From Sphaerodactylus townsendi (Eukaryota): a stretch of 64,000 nucleotides of DNA. The translations under genes and the position numbers were made by a program. Shown here piece after piece: positions 1 through 13,462 of the stretch. The DNA is taken from the NCBI RefSeq assembly GCF_021028975.2, contig NC_059436.1, positions 38,812,001-38,876,000 on the forward strand, in the 5' to 3' direction. Below the pieces are notes generated by a model, which was given only the letters and a program-made list of their open reading frames with translations, was not told the origin of the DNA and did no database searches. Numbering within the stretch: position 1 is the stretch's first letter; each line of letters begins with the position of its first letter.

Positions 1-1914
1 ATGAGCTCCATCTCCAAGGTCATCCTGGCTGTATCCATGAGGGGGGTGAGGGGGACTGCCTAGCGCCAAGGTGGGTGATGAACAGCAGTCAAGCTGCATT
101 CACTCTCACCACCTCTGCTCATGCCAATGTGCCCCCTTGGCCTCCAGGTGCTCAGTATACCAGGAGAGCTTGTCTTCAGTGATGTAGCAATGGGGCATGG
201 GGGAGGGGGGTGTAGCAGTGGTGTACCAATGGGGTACCTCCTCTGAGGAGCTTGGGACAGAGGCACTGTATCTAGGGGGGACCAAAAGAGATGTCCAATA
301 AGGGGCTTAGACACAAGAGTGTACCTACTATAGCTAGCTGCTACAAATTAAGCAGTGGGTATACGTATTGCACTTGCTATCATGAGCCAGCCCCCAGGAG
401 ATGAGGAACCAGACACAGAGCCTGAAGACCAGGAGCTGGCCCCTCGAGAGGAAATGCAAGCAACAGAGCCAGCTTCAAGTCAGCATCAGAGGAGGACTGA
501 GTTTTTGCAGAATTTTGGCCTCATTAGCAAGGTCATTTTATAAAAGCCTTGTCTTGGGTTGAACAAGTGTGCATCACTGGAAAGCTCCACACACATGGTT
601 CCCTGCTCAGCTCCTCTTTTCCTGGCTGGCATGCCTGCTTGAACTCCTGGACTGCTTGACTTTGGACTATCAGACCGCTCCTGTGGCTGCCTTGACTATG
701 GCCTGCCCGACCACACCTGTACTTGCTGCCTGCCTTGACTTTGGACTGCATTTCTGGCTGATGGTGAGGTTGTCAGTAGATTGCCTAGCTGATACCTGCC
801 CTCAGCACACCTGTCAGGAGATTGATACTGGAGGAAGAAAACCAAATAAAGAAGAACCTGTTGGAAGGATTACAGATTACCCTGCTCTGTAAGCCAAGAT
901 CAATTCCATACAGCAAGGTATTTATTAAAGGAGTTCACATGACTATATAGATAGAAAGGGTTTGTTGTCCTCTGCAGGGGCTTCTTCCTTTGTGCCATGA
1001 TTTATTCCAGGAGATGCTCCTACCCAGAGTCTTCCTCTGCATATTAAGTGTAGAGGAATGTACCTCTGAAGCTGCAATGCCAAAGACCTGGCGACATGGT
1101 GCCTTGCTCTGTCATTATGTGTTCAAGCAAAGGTTTGGAGTTGTCTCAAAAGACAAATCCAGCCCTGAGCAAAGAAATAAGCAAAGGTATATTTTCTGTG
1201 ACTTTTTGTGGGATGGTATTTAGGAAGAGGAAAGGCAAAGCAGCTGATAGATAATACTATAATCAAAATGCTCAAAGTGCACAAAAAGTAAACAATTTGC
1301 TATTTACAGTATTTTGATGTGGGAAGCATGACTTCATTCTTTCTTTAAAAAAAAGATCAGAATAAAGGAGGTTTGGGCATGAGTGCGTTGAAGCAGGAAG
1401 TCCAACAATTCCCGCACAGTGTTGTATAGGTGCTTTTCAAAGAAAAGCACTCTAGTTTGGAAACCAAAGCGAAGAAAAAGATGCAGCCGCTGCCTTTCAA
1501 TTTTTGCATTAAAGTCAGATGAACCTTTCTGGGACACTACAGAGGTGAAATAGCATGTCGAATCAGAGGCGTAGCTCCAAGGGGAAGGGGGGCACGACAC
1601 ACTGGGGGCGCACTCCAGTGGGGTTGTGGCGAGGGCATTCTGGGACGGGATGGGGGCGTTCTGGGGCAGGGCAGAGGATGCACTTGTGCACAGGGCACTT
1701 TTCCCCCTTGCTATGCCTCTGCATCCAGTGGAATCAATTGGGCATGATGTAGCCCAGCTTTTGGGGTAACGTTAAGAATGTTGATTGTGCAGGAAGGTTG
1801 GCAAGAATATACTTATGGAGCAATGAGAGAGACTACGGAAAATCCCTTCGGGGGTAGGGTGGTCTATCAAATTTAATACATAACAACAACAACAACAACA
1901 ACAACAATAATAAT

Positions 1915-2400
1915 CTGAAATAAATTATTATAAAATGATGTATAGATGGTATCCGACAAAAAAAAAACTGCCAAAAATGTATAAAAATATATCAAATAGA
2001 TGTTGGAAATGCCATAAACACAAAGGTTCCTTTTCTTCCTCCATGGTGGTTGGTGGTTTCTTCCTACATGGTGGCAAATCCTTTTGGGATATGATACTTA
2101 AAGAAATACAAAACCTGAAGTTTTTCTATTAGGATTATTGGGTGATGACATCCCAAATCAATACAGACTGCTTTTCATGTACTTGTCTACTGCGGCAAGA
2201 ATATTGTATGCAGAAATGGGGAGATGAAAAAATACCAACAAAGGAAGATGGGATACAGAAAGTCATAGAATATTCAGAAATAGCAAACTTAACAACTTTA
2301 CTAAGGCACAGTAATACATAGAAATTTGGAGAAAACTGGAAAACTGGTCGATGAGAAATGATTGCTGGATTTGAGATCTAAAAGAAAACAGTACAATGAA
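1915..2400 (+). mobile_element. L1-type LINE ORF2 3' remnant
   Basis: YKMMYRWY.T...[13 protein letters not shown]...GSF..HMWW-like zinc-knuckle region. Confidence 0.7.
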
Positions 2401-5400
2401 TTAGAATATTAGTAATGATACAGTTGTAATTGATAAATGGTTCCATTTTAAATACATGTATGAACCTAGAATGGACTGGAATTCAACAATAAGATAGTGG
2501 GAAGTCTATACGTTTGTTTTTTGGTGTTAAATTTAGTTAGGTATAATAGGTTGTGTTAGTTATTGTATAATTTATGTCTTCATTTTTGTGTGTGTGTTCT
2601 TTTTTGTATTTTTTGTTTTTATTTGGTATTGATGTAGTGGTGGACATGAAAGTGTATAGTGGTATGTTTTTTTATGTTGAGAAAATAAGAACATTATTAC
2701 ACACACAAAAATAATAATATTGATTGTGCTGTCAAATGAACTTTTGTGTGGAAGGAATGTGTGTGAAATGAGTGTATCAGAGAAGCCATCATAAAAAATG
2801 GCTGTGGGAGGGGGGATATCAGAGGAAGGACAGCATGGACCTAAAAAACACAAATGAATAAGTGGGTACTTCTTGATCAAATCCTGCCTGAACTCTCCAT
2901 AGAAACTAAAATGAATAACCTGAGGCTGCTGTACTTTGGTCACATTCGTTTGAACTAATCAGCCAGATTTGTTTCAATTAGATAGTAAGATCATTTGTAG
3001 CTGGTTTCTTTTGTTGTTGTTGAAAATGTCAACAGATAAGAGATTTGCTCAGGCAATTCCAAAGTTAATCTTTCGTTGAGCTCTGAGAGCGCATGTTTAC
3101 ACATATCACTAGGTTTGCTAGTCCTATTTTGGCAAGTGCTAGGATATTTTGGGGGCAGGGAATAACCCTCTATTACCCTCTAGGAATACCCCTAATTTCT
3201 ATGACAAAGATAACACAGATTATGAAAATTCCTAGAGCATCACCTGGAAGTTTCCTGAATTCCAGATGGAGGCGTTTGCTGGTCATGACGTTACTTCCAG
3301 GTGATGCTCCGGAAATTTCCTCCACTGAAGTATTCACCTGACTATGCACGTTACCTAATCCTATTAGTTAAATTTCCTTTATGAAAGGTATACATGCTAA
3401 CTAATCTTTAGCAGTTATTGGTGGCTTAGGGGGATGAAAGTTCCTAGGAAATCTCCCAATTTCTATTATATTTGCTATAGAAAGTTGGGGGGACTTCCTA
3501 GAGTACTTCAGATACAATGGCATCACTTTTATGTTGCCAGTATTGTACGATAACTTTACTGACATAATTATGTTCTTATAACCACAATATCTGTACAACA
3601 GTGATGATCCCTTCCTTCTCACCCCCAGCCCCAGCCCTTGGCCGAACTCCCTCCTGCCCTTTCCCCCACCTTCACAACCCCCCCAAAAAACCTTTGCCTT
3701 ATCCTTCGAGCGGCGCCAGCTGGGAAAACACTGGGGGTGAAGTTAAAGCTAGGGAAGGAGCGCACCCTCCCTGGCCTTAACGTCCTCCCCCATCTGTTCT
3801 CAGCTGGCGTCACTTGGAGGACAAGGAAAAGGATTTGGGAGGGGTTGCGGGTGTGGCGGTGCAGTGGTGCGCCAGTGCAGCAGTGCGCCGGTGCAGTGGT
3901 GCAGCGGTGAGGCAGCGGGCAGTGAGAGCAGAGTGGATGGATGTCTGAACCACTTCCCTTGAGTCAGTGATCTCTGTTAACACACTGGGCCATGGAGAGA
4001 AATACCTCTTACCATCTTGCCTTTCATGATGCCAGCCACAAATACAAGCCAAAAATTAGGAGTTAAAACTACCAGACCAAGAACTCCACCACAGCCAGCA
4101 ATGAAAAGTTTTACTAACTGCTGTTGATTTCTATTCCCAATTGTACATTAAAATGATTTTTAAACATTTACTTCCCAACTGATTTTCTGGATTACGTTAT
4201 CAATATAACAACATGCATCGATTTTTTTTACCTGTTTGTTATTTTTTTTTACATCCTTAAATTTTGTTTTCTGTAACTTCTTAAGAAGTGTTGTATATTG
4301 TTCATTCTATACTCATGTAATAAAATGACATCAATAATATCCCAAGATAAATTGATCTGGACCCTATATCTCAGTAATAGGTAGTTTGCATCTGTCTCTC
4401 CCTCCCATCCCCTGCTTTTCACTATTTGAGACCCCACATTCCTCAGAGGAACATACCTTTGGGGGTAAATTCCCTGGCTCTTTACCCAGAACAATTATTT
4501 TGGAACAGCTAAATGGGCCTGCATGCTAATATGCAGAAAATCAGAAGTAGATTTTCTTTGTGAATGATTAAGAGCACGGCTATTTTTATAAGGAGGTACC
4601 TTTTTAAAAGGGAGAGACTATTGCAATGTAATTTAAACATATGGTTTTATTGCTATTCATCTGGGAGTTATACCTGTGTTTGCAGCTGGCAAAAGGGAAC
4701 ATGACTGAATATCTGTGAACTCTCTGGTATATACTGCTTCCAAGGTTCCTACAGGGAACACCACCATTCTTTTTCCAGTAGAGGATGCTGTTGTGTTCTG
4801 CAGGTGGGAAGTTGTGGGCTGATACTAAGGAGCTGCAGCTGTCTCCCCGTGCACCAGTTGGATGCTTTCAGTTTGCCTGTCATGTGGTGTCGGCACATCA
4901 CATCATGATTGGAAGGTTGTGACAGGGTTGCTATGGACTTGAGTGCAATTGCTATGCTCTCCACACCTTTCAAGTGCGATCTTTGACATACCTTTTTCTT
5001 CTCTGCTGATTAAGGGTGGGGCAGAAACTAGTAAGACCAGCACCACACTGCTATCGGCAATGCTCCAGCATCAACACCATTACCTGCAACACTGCTTCCC
5101 ACAGAGACTCCTGCAATTGCTCCCTCCAAAAGATCTTCTGACCTGACTGTCTGAGGTGTGGATAAAATGTTTTCATTGGATGTCACAGCACAAGCCCCTG
5201 AAATTCCCTTGTCGTATGAGAGATACCTCAAGGAGCACATCAACTAAAGGCCTTTAGTCTAAAGCCTCCAGGGCTCCTTCTCACTTATGGCCACTTGAAC
5301 AAGTGAATCAAGTTTGTTCGGCAAAGACCCCAGAGACCCTCTCCACATTACAGCCTTCTCCAATAATTCCATCACAAGCCCAGGGAACATTGCCCAGTCA

Positions 5401-5633
5401 CTGCTCAGCTGTAATCAATCCAGCCTCAGCTGGTAGACCTCTTAGGTAGCCCAACTGCCTCACTTAAGTTGCTCCTGTCATCGTACCTAGCCTGGACATA
5501 TTTGGACTTCCACTTCCGCTGTAAATGTTGCTCTGTCTGCACTCACCCAAAATTCACACCTGCCAATAGGAGACAAGGGACGGAGCACGGATCTTTACAG
5601 GATCTTTGATCCAGTCCTGTGTAGATCCTAAAC

Positions 5634-6105
5634 CAGTGATGGCGAACCTATGGCACAGGTGCCAGAGGTGGCACTCGGAGCCCTCTCGGTGGGCATGCGC
5701 ACACAGAGTTCATCATGTGGGGGGGCAGAAAATCACCACCCCCCCCACACACACACACATCTAGACTGACCTGGGCCACTGAGCCCAACGTGCGCGCATT
5801 GCGGTGAACAGGGAGGACTCGGCTGGCGTGCCTGGTACCTGTTGCTGCCGGTGGTTGCTGCCGGGGGGGGGGGGCACAGAGGAGGCAGAGATGCTAGAGA
5901 GGCACAGAGTGGTGCGCGTGGGACTTGCTGGAGGCTAGAGCAGGCTGGCCCCTGATCGAGCGGATGGGGCGGAGGAAGACGGAACCAATCGGTTTTGTCT
6001 AAACTAAAACCTCAGGTTAAATTGCCGGGTTGGCACTTTGCGATAAATAAGTGGGGTTTGGGTTGCAATTTGGGCACTCGGTCTCAGAAAAGTTCGCCAT
6101 CACTG
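5634..6105. mobile_element. Non-autonomous hAT transposon
   Basis: TIR cagtgatggcgaac/gttcgccatcactg; perfect 8-bp TSD tcctaaac. Confidence 0.9.
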
Positions 6106-6728
6106 TCCTAAACTCTACACAGGATCAAGCCAATAATAGAATTCTCCACTGAAGTCTAGTCATTTCAAAACCTATAAACAGGGCACTTCCAGTGTTTAGC
6201 TGGGTCTGTACCCAAACCTCCACCCTGGTGGTTGCTTTCTGCTCCCTGACTTTCTTCCATCCTTCTATCCCCACCCCACTCCTGTTCCTGAAACCTTTTC
6301 CATCATAGGGTCTCCAACTCCAGAATTCACTACAGTTTGGGACCGACTTCCACTCTGAAAACCCATGTCTTGGATCAGCTTTTTCTTCCCCTGCCCTGGA
6401 TCCCATTGAATCAGACTCTTTTCTTCAGAACAAAGTGATTATCTTTCTTTTTTCCTTTTTTCCCTTTATTTTCCCTTTGATTTCTACATACACCACACTG
6501 AGGCAGCAATTAAGGACAAAATAGGGTGGTTTGCACTACTGTACTGCAATATTGATTTGTGTTCCCTGGCATTTCATATTTCAGCTCTGCGTTTTGATAA
6601 CTGAATAAATATTCACTTTTTAAAGACTTTTTTTTAATCTCACCTGTCTAGAGGTATTGTACTGGAAAGGAGTCTGTGTATACACTGATAATTACACCAG
6701 AATGCATGTGCGGTTCAATACATTTACA

Positions 6729-7420
6729 TAGGGTTGCCAGCTCTGGGTTGGGGAATAACTGGAGATTTTAGGTGTGGAACCTGAGGAGGAAGGAGAATTT
6801 GGGGAAGGGAGGGGAGGGTCTTCTGTGGGACATAATGTCACAGAGTCCACCGTTCAAAGTGTCCATTTTCTCCAAGTGAACTGATCTCTGCTGCCTGGAC
6901 ATCAAGTCAAGTCAAGCATTTATTGTTTGAGCCATTGGCTTAACAATACAAAGATACATGCAGTTAAAACATTTAAATTAAAACAATAACTTAGTTTTAC
7001 ATTAAAATATAAATTATTTGTATTCGCAATCTCTAAATTAAAATGCCCCATCAAATACTTTCCACGTCAGATGTTTTTGCAGCTTCTTCAGCTAGTCTAA
7101 GTTAACCTCCAGTACTTTGGAACATCAGGTCAAGCAGCGCTTTAAATACTTTGCTCGTAATTTCCTAGCCACCAGGGCAAAGAGAGCCATCTTGTAAGAA
7201 ACATAGGAATTGATATCAAATAGTAAGAAAATCAGTTTCTCATCATCGGATAAAAAGCTGTCCTAGGTAGTATTGGCTCCAAAAACCTTTTCCTTATTTC
7301 TGAATATAAAGGACAGGAGAGTATGTAATGAAAGAGATCCTCAGGCTCTTGTTTAAAACTGGAGATCAGTTTTTAAGAGTGGGGAATCTCCAACCACCCC
7401 CTGGAGGTTGGTAACTCTAC
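6729..7420. mobile_element. tagggttgcc-family MITE interrupted by a LINE 3' fragment (~6905-7350); other copies at 10172-10391, 24387-24667, 29888-30078
   Basis: The left half ends ...ctgcctggacatca and the right half resumes ctggagatcagtt...ggtaactcta; tagggttgcc/ggcaacccta termini. Confidence 0.65.
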
Positions 7421-8259
7421 ATTTAGAGGATGGTCTATATGAGACCAATCTGACACAGGGGCTGATTTGATTAGCAGTGATATACCAGTGTTGGGGTTTT
7501 AGGATTCTACTGTTAGACTTAGAAGAGGAACAGGACAAGTGCCCTCTCTTTTCTTGTCTCTTTGTAGGGTCTAACTGGGAGAGGCAGCTCCACAGGAAAA
7601 AAAAGCATCGAAGAATTAACTCCTTTCCCCCATCATTTTGACCCGATCCTAAATGACTCTCCATACACATAGCACTCCGTGGCAACTGCTTCTCTCCCAT
7701 TTGTAAAACCACCCTTGATTCAAAATAGCTGACAAAAGAACACAACTTATCCCTTCTTCCTTGTTTATTATAGAAAAATCAGGTGATCTTTTATGGTGTA
7801 TGAACATAAACCCTTACACCCTTTTTTGCTGCATATAAAATGCCACCTGAAAGAGGTGTAAGGGTTAATTCAAAAATTATTAACCCATTTAAAGAGGATA
7901 TAGCTAGAAGGCATAAATGAATGGAACAATCTATCACTGTGAAGGGTGACTGCATTTACATTGTTTGCTAGTGAACGTTGGTTTATAGTGGTGCATTACG
8001 CAGGAGTTCACATGCTCTCCTCAGTGGAGGCCCAAGGTGTGTCTGTTTTTTCCAAAGTGGAGTTTTGCCTTACAGAGACAAGGTAAGTTGGAGAAATGTC
8101 AGCCAGCGCATTTGCCTGTTACAGAGAGGGAATTGGTTCAATATAAAATGATACAGTTTTGGTTGACAGAATATTATAAACCCGTTTTTTTTTCTCTGTG
8201 TTTAGACTGATGCAGCCAAGAATCTGGTAGCAAGCTGAAGACTAACAGATCTATTATTA

Positions 8260-8497
8260 CCGTGTTTCCCCAAAAATAAGACAGTGTCTTATATTAATTT
8301 TTGCTCCCAAAGATGCGCTATGTCTTATTTTCAGGGGATGTCTTATTTTTCTGTGTCTTGTCTCGTCATTAGCATGCTTCCAAACAAAACCATACTGCTA
8401 CTTTTAACTTTCGGGATGTGCCTTTATATTTTGCACTTCAGCAAAACCTCTAGTACGTCTTATTTTCAGGGGATGTCTTATATTCGGGGAAACAGGG
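8260..8497. mobile_element. Tc1/mariner (Tigger/pogo-like) MITE
   Basis: TIR ccgtgtttcccc/ggggaaacaggg flanked by TA. Confidence 0.8.
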
Positions 8498-8976
8498 TAT
8501 ACAAGTCATTCCAAGTTATTAATGTTTACTAGTTTTGTTTGAAAAGTAGAAAGGAGGGATAAACTCTACAGACTAAAAGAGCCCATTGATGTACCATAGC
8601 ATCACATAATTAATTTGTAGCTCGAGAAATATCAAGTCAGAATTACATGCAACTAAGTCGAATCAAAGAACTTAAGACAATCAACTTGCTCTGTGATCTA
8701 ATATCTAATGTGAGAAGCGTGGTGGGTTTAGTCCCTGTTCCCCTGCTGTTTGTATGTCATCTCAGAAGAATTAGATTTCGGTGTGGTGGATGCAAAAGCA
8801 CTCAGCAGTATGGATGTAAATTTCTGGAAACTTTACTTTTGTGGCAGCAGGAAAGTAAATATGTTTTCCACAGGAAGATACTGGGATTTTAAAAATAAAT
8901 CTTTGTAATACATGCAATTCTTCTTGCCTTAGCAAACCTAAACTTGCTTTGCTGCTTTAAGAACATGAAGTACATT

Positions 8977-9204
8977 GTATTGTCGAAGGCTTTCATGGCC
9001 GGATTCAACTGGTTGTGGTGGGTTTTCCTGACTGTGTGGCCATGGTCTGCTGGATCTTGTTCCTAACGTTTCGCCTGCATCTGTGGATGGCATCTGGCTG
9101 GGATACACCTCTGAAGATGCCAGCCACAGATGCAGGTGAAATGTTAGGAACAAGAAGATCTTCCAGACCACGGCCACACAGCCCAGAAAACCCACCACAA
9201 CCAG
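8977..9204. mobile_element. Short palindromic Penelope-like (PLE) terminal element with hammerhead motifs
   Basis: Inverted pLTR arms; 12-bp TSD atgaagtacatt (8965-8976 and 9205-9216); CTGAAGA...GAAA core. Confidence 0.8.
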
Positions 9205-9272
9205 ATGAAGTACATTATTTCTAGCTTGGCATCTACAATTCTACTGTATGTTTGTTTGCTTGCTTGTTTGTT

Positions 9273-9550
9273 TGCTATGAAGTCACAGCTAATTTATGGT
9301 GACCCCACAAGATTTTCAAGGCAAGAGACATTCAGAGGTGGTTTGCCATTGCCTGCCTCCATATCAAGCCCCTAGTGTTCCTCAGAGGTCTCCTATCTAA
9401 ATACTTACCAAGTTTGAGACTGAGAATATGTATCTAGCCCAAGGACACCCAACAAGTTTCCATGGCAGAGTGTGAATGCGAACATCGGTTTGCAAGATCC
9501 TAGTCTGACATCCTAGTCTGACATCTTGGCTACACCATGCTGGCTCTCTA
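9273..9550 (-). mobile_element. Sauria-SINE/BovB-tail-related SINE
   Basis: ggtggtttgccattgcctgcc motif and a tRNA-like head in reverse. Confidence 0.55.
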
Positions 9551-9617
9551 TTATTTGGCGCACTAATGGCATTTAGAATGAGGGGTTTCTATTTTTAGTG
9601 AAATAATACAGATAGAC

Positions 9618-9718
9618 CAGTGGTGGGATTCAAATAATTTAACAACTGGTTGTTTACAAGCACCCTTTTAACAACCAGGTTTGCCAAAGTGGTGCAAACC
9701 TGCTGAATCCCACCACTA
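9618..9718. mobile_element. hAT-like MITE
   Basis: TIR cagtggtgggattc/gaatcccaccact; TSD agatagac/agataggc. Confidence 0.7.
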
Positions 9719-10459
9719 AGATAGGCCCACGTTAGAGAAGAAGCTGTAATCTAAAGAACCTACATCTAGAAAGGGACACAATCAGCATCTGAGCATGAAT
9801 TATCAACATTGTCATCAATAAAGGAAGTTTATATTACCTGAAGATCTCAAGATTATTGTGCAAAAACAAAATAAAGCCTTTGTTTTTGGGATAAAGCTCA
9901 GAATGGCAAACTGTTAAAGCCTATAGGCTCATTCACTGTGGCATTTCCTGTATCTGAAAAATAGCAGTGGGACAACCAGTTGCTGGATTAGAGTCTTGCA
10001 CAGGGCAGACGCCAATATCACAAACACTGCTAAAGTCAAACCACCCAGCAAAGCAGATAAGCTTGCTGACTGACCAGAACAACAACGTTAACGGTGCTTT
10101 CTGTCATGGCTTGGTCTGCAGAAATTAGCAGCCGAAGCTTTCCATAGCATGAGCATAAATATTATCACCCAGTAGAGTTGCCAATCCCCAGGTGGTAGCT
10201 AGAGATCACCTGGGATTACTGTTGATCTCTAGGAGGCAGAGGTCAGTTCACCTGGAGAAAATTGACATTTTGGAAGGTGGGCTCTATGGCATTTTACCCC
10301 ACTGAAGCCCCTCCCCCTTCCTAAACCCCACCCTCCTCAGGCTCCGCCCTCAAGACCTCCAGGAATTTCCCAACCCACAGCCGGCAACCCTGTCACCCAG
10401 TAATGTCTGTGCTGTTAAAGACATGGAAGAGGAGCCAGTAAAAATGTTGCATTTATATG

Positions 10460-12135
10460 TTCAGTGTTATTGAGCCTGAATAACTCCCCTGATAATCTTA
10501 TAGGAAAATGGGGAACAGATATTGAGCAAACCATTCCGCAAGGTGAATGGGAGAGGATTTGGAGTAGAGCATTATCAAGACTGAACTCTGCCATTCTGGA
10601 AGAACATTTCATGACAAACCAGTATCAATGGTACTTTACATTGTTACCAGTCATCAAAAATTTACCATAACATTCTAGATAAAGATAATTTTATGCTTGG
10701 GGTGTTAGAACATAAGAACATAAGAACAAGCCAGCTGGATCAGACCAAAGTCCATCTAGTCCAGCTCTCTGCTACTCGCAGTGGCCCACCAGGTGCCTTT
10801 GGGAGCTCACATGTAGGATGTGAACGCAATGGCCTCAAGTGCTGTTGCCCCGCATCACCTGGTCTGTTAAGGCATTTGCAATCTCAGATCAAAGAGGATC
10901 AAGATTGGTAGCCATAAATCGACTTCTCCTCCATGAATCTGTCCAAGCCCCTTTTAAAGCTATCCAGGTTAGTGGCCATCACCACCTCCTGTGGCATATT
11001 CCAAAACACCAATCACATATTAGTTTCCTTTATTAGTCCCACTTTTCCCCAGCATTTTCAATGAATGCCCCCTGGTTCTAGTATTGTGAGAAAGAGAGAA
11101 AAATTTCTCTCTGTCAACATTTTCTACCCCATGCATAATTTTGTAGACTTCAATCATATCCTCAGCCGCCTTCCAACTAAAGAGTCCCAAACGCCAGTAC
11201 TCTCATAGGAAGGTGCTCTAGTCCCTCAATCAATCCTTGCTGCTCCTTTCTCTGCACTTCTTTTTCTATTTCTTCAATATCCTTTTGAGATGCAATTCTA
11301 GAACTGGACACAGTACTCCAAGTGTCAGCACCACTGCTTTATATATATGGGCATGACAATCTTGCAGTTTCCATTCTCACCTTTCTAATGATCCCCAGCA
11401 TAGAGTTTGCCTTTCACAGCTGCCATGCATTGAGTTGACATTCCCATGGAACTATCAACTAAGACTTAAATCCTCTCCTGGTCCAGACTGATAGCAGCAC
11501 TGATCCCTGTAGCAGTATGAAGTTTGGATTTTGCCCTATGCATCACTCTTACATTTTGGCTACATTGAACTGCATTTGCCATTCTGAGCCCACTCACCTA
11601 ATTCTATCAAGGTCCGCTTGAGCCACAGAATCCTTTGTGGTTCTCACCACCCTACATAATTTGGTATCATCTGCAAACTTGGCCACCACGCTACCCACCC
11701 CTACTTCCAGGTCATTTATGAATAGGTTAAAGAGCACTGGTCCCAAAACGGATCCTTGGGAGACACCACTCCCGACATCTCTCCATTGTGAGAACTTCCC
11801 ATTTACACCCACTCTTTGTTTCCTGTTTCTCAACCAGTTTTTAATCCATAGGAGGACTTCCCCTCTTATTAGGAACTTGGATGGAAAATTTCTGGTCTAT
11901 GGTTGTATATCTTCTTAAAGAAACCACAGATTGTATGCTACTAGCCCTTCAAGCAACAAGACAGGACAGTGTTAAGTCATCAAAGATAGTAATGATAGAT
12001 TTATGTATGATTCTTAATCTGTTTACAGCAGCTGGGCTCTGCATAGGGGCTAACTGGAAAGAGCCATTTCCTATTGGAGAATTCATTGGAGTGTGGAAAA
12101 TCTTTTTAATGTGTAGTTTATTGTGTCTGATAACA
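10460..12135 (+). mobile_element. L1-type LINE remnant split by the CR1 insertion (10460-10706 and 11869-12135)
   Basis: KWGTDIEQTIPQGEWERIW...YQWY on the left; FWSMV...IGANWKEPFP on the right. Confidence 0.6.
10707..11868 (-). mobile_element. CR1 LINE, 5'-truncated (RT C-terminal half and 3' tail)
   Basis: RKQRVGVNGKFSQW...SGVSQGSVLGPVLFNLFINDL...KFADDTKL; (ataagaac)n tail at the left end. Confidence 0.9.
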
Positions 12136-12139
12136 TGGT

Positions 12140-12502
12140 CACGGATACCATGGACTATCAAAAAGACAGATATCTGGGTTCTAGATCAAATAAAGCCTGA
12201 ACTCTCCCGAGAAGCTAAAATAACTAAACTGAAATCATTGTACATTGGTCAAATGATGAGAAGACAAGACTCACTGGAAAAGACAATAATGCTAGGAAAA
12301 GTTGCAGGAAAGAGGAAGACCCAACATGAGATGGATTCACTCTATAAAAGAAGGTCCTCAGTTTTGCAATACCTGTGCAAGGCTGTCAACAATAGGACAT
12401 TTGGGAGGTCATTCATTCATACGATCACCATGAGTCAGAAGCAACTTGATAGTGCTTCACACACACACACACACACACGCACGCACACACACACACACAC
12501 AC
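12140..12502 (+). mobile_element. RTE-BovB LINE 3' fragment with (CA)n tail
   Basis: RIPWT...LDQIKPELS.EAKITKLK..YIGQMMRRQDSLEKTIMLGKV matches the BovB RT C-terminus; (CA)n at 12459-12502. Confidence 0.8.
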
Positions 12503-12676
12503 AATGTATCTGGTAATGTAGCAAATAGACCTGTAGAGAAAGAGCAATTGTTCACATTCTGGTATAGCAAATTTCAGGATAAAGGGTTGTGTATTTTTGA
12601 TTGGATGTGATTGCTCTGGATTATTTTTATTTATTTTATAATAGAAATTGTAAAAAAATCAAAAGTATTTAAAAAA

Positions 12677-13172
12677 TGTACCTTTCTGCATGGGCCAAAA
12701 GCGGCGGTGTCGGGCCAGTAAAACACCGTTTTGGTGGGGACCGTTCGCACAGCTGCCGCCGCCAAATCACTGCAGCGGAGCTCGGTTCCCACCAAAATGG
12801 TGTTTATTGCAAACGCCGGCTTCCATTTGGTGCCATGCGAATGGCACCAGGTGGAAGCTGGCGTTTCTCCCCCTTCCAAATGCTGCTTACCTCCGGTCGC
12901 CTTCTGTCATGTTGTGCAGGCCAGGAGACATGCCCCCCTGGCCTCGTTCTCCAGGGTCATTGCTCTGGCCAGGGGGGCGTGTCCCCTGGCCTCCACAACG
13001 CGACAGAAGGCAACGGGAGGTAAGCAGCGTTTGGGAGTGGTGCAGCCTATGCAAAGGCTATGCCGCCAGCGCCACTTCCAGCGGGACCATCCCTGCGAAC
13101 AGTCCCGCGGGGGTGCGCCGGCATAAACTATGCCGACACACACACCCTCAGCGCCCGTGCACAAGGGGCCTT
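12677..13172. mobile_element. GC-rich Harbinger-like non-autonomous element ~250 bp upstream of the GT92-A exon
   Basis: Start gcatgggccaaaa is shared with the 53221 MITE; internal palindrome at ~12880-13030. Confidence 0.55.
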
Positions 13173-13462
13173 AGCTTAGCATCCTATCTCGGTATTTTTA
13201 TTACAGTATGTATTTCTCACCTATGTTCCTTTTCTCTGGAACATAACATACCTGTTTCCTTCCTAAAGATTTTTTGTTTAAATCCAAGTTTAAGTCATGC
13301 TTCCTGCTCCCTGACCTGAATCTGCATTCACAGGATACGTAATCGAAAGACAGTGAAGTGCAAGTCCATTATTTGCTTACTGACTCTGCATTGTGTTTTT
13401 CCATTTCGTTCCAAGCTCCTGTCTGCTATTCTGCCACATGCCTGCTTCCATGGTAGTATGAA

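Noticed and set aside
11881-12516. 211-aa ORF
   Set aside because: Chimera of L1 and BovB remnants plus (CA)n.
12631-13319. Several overlapping ORFs of 80-209 aa
   Set aside because: GC-rich palindromic non-autonomous transposon that is simply poor in stop codons.
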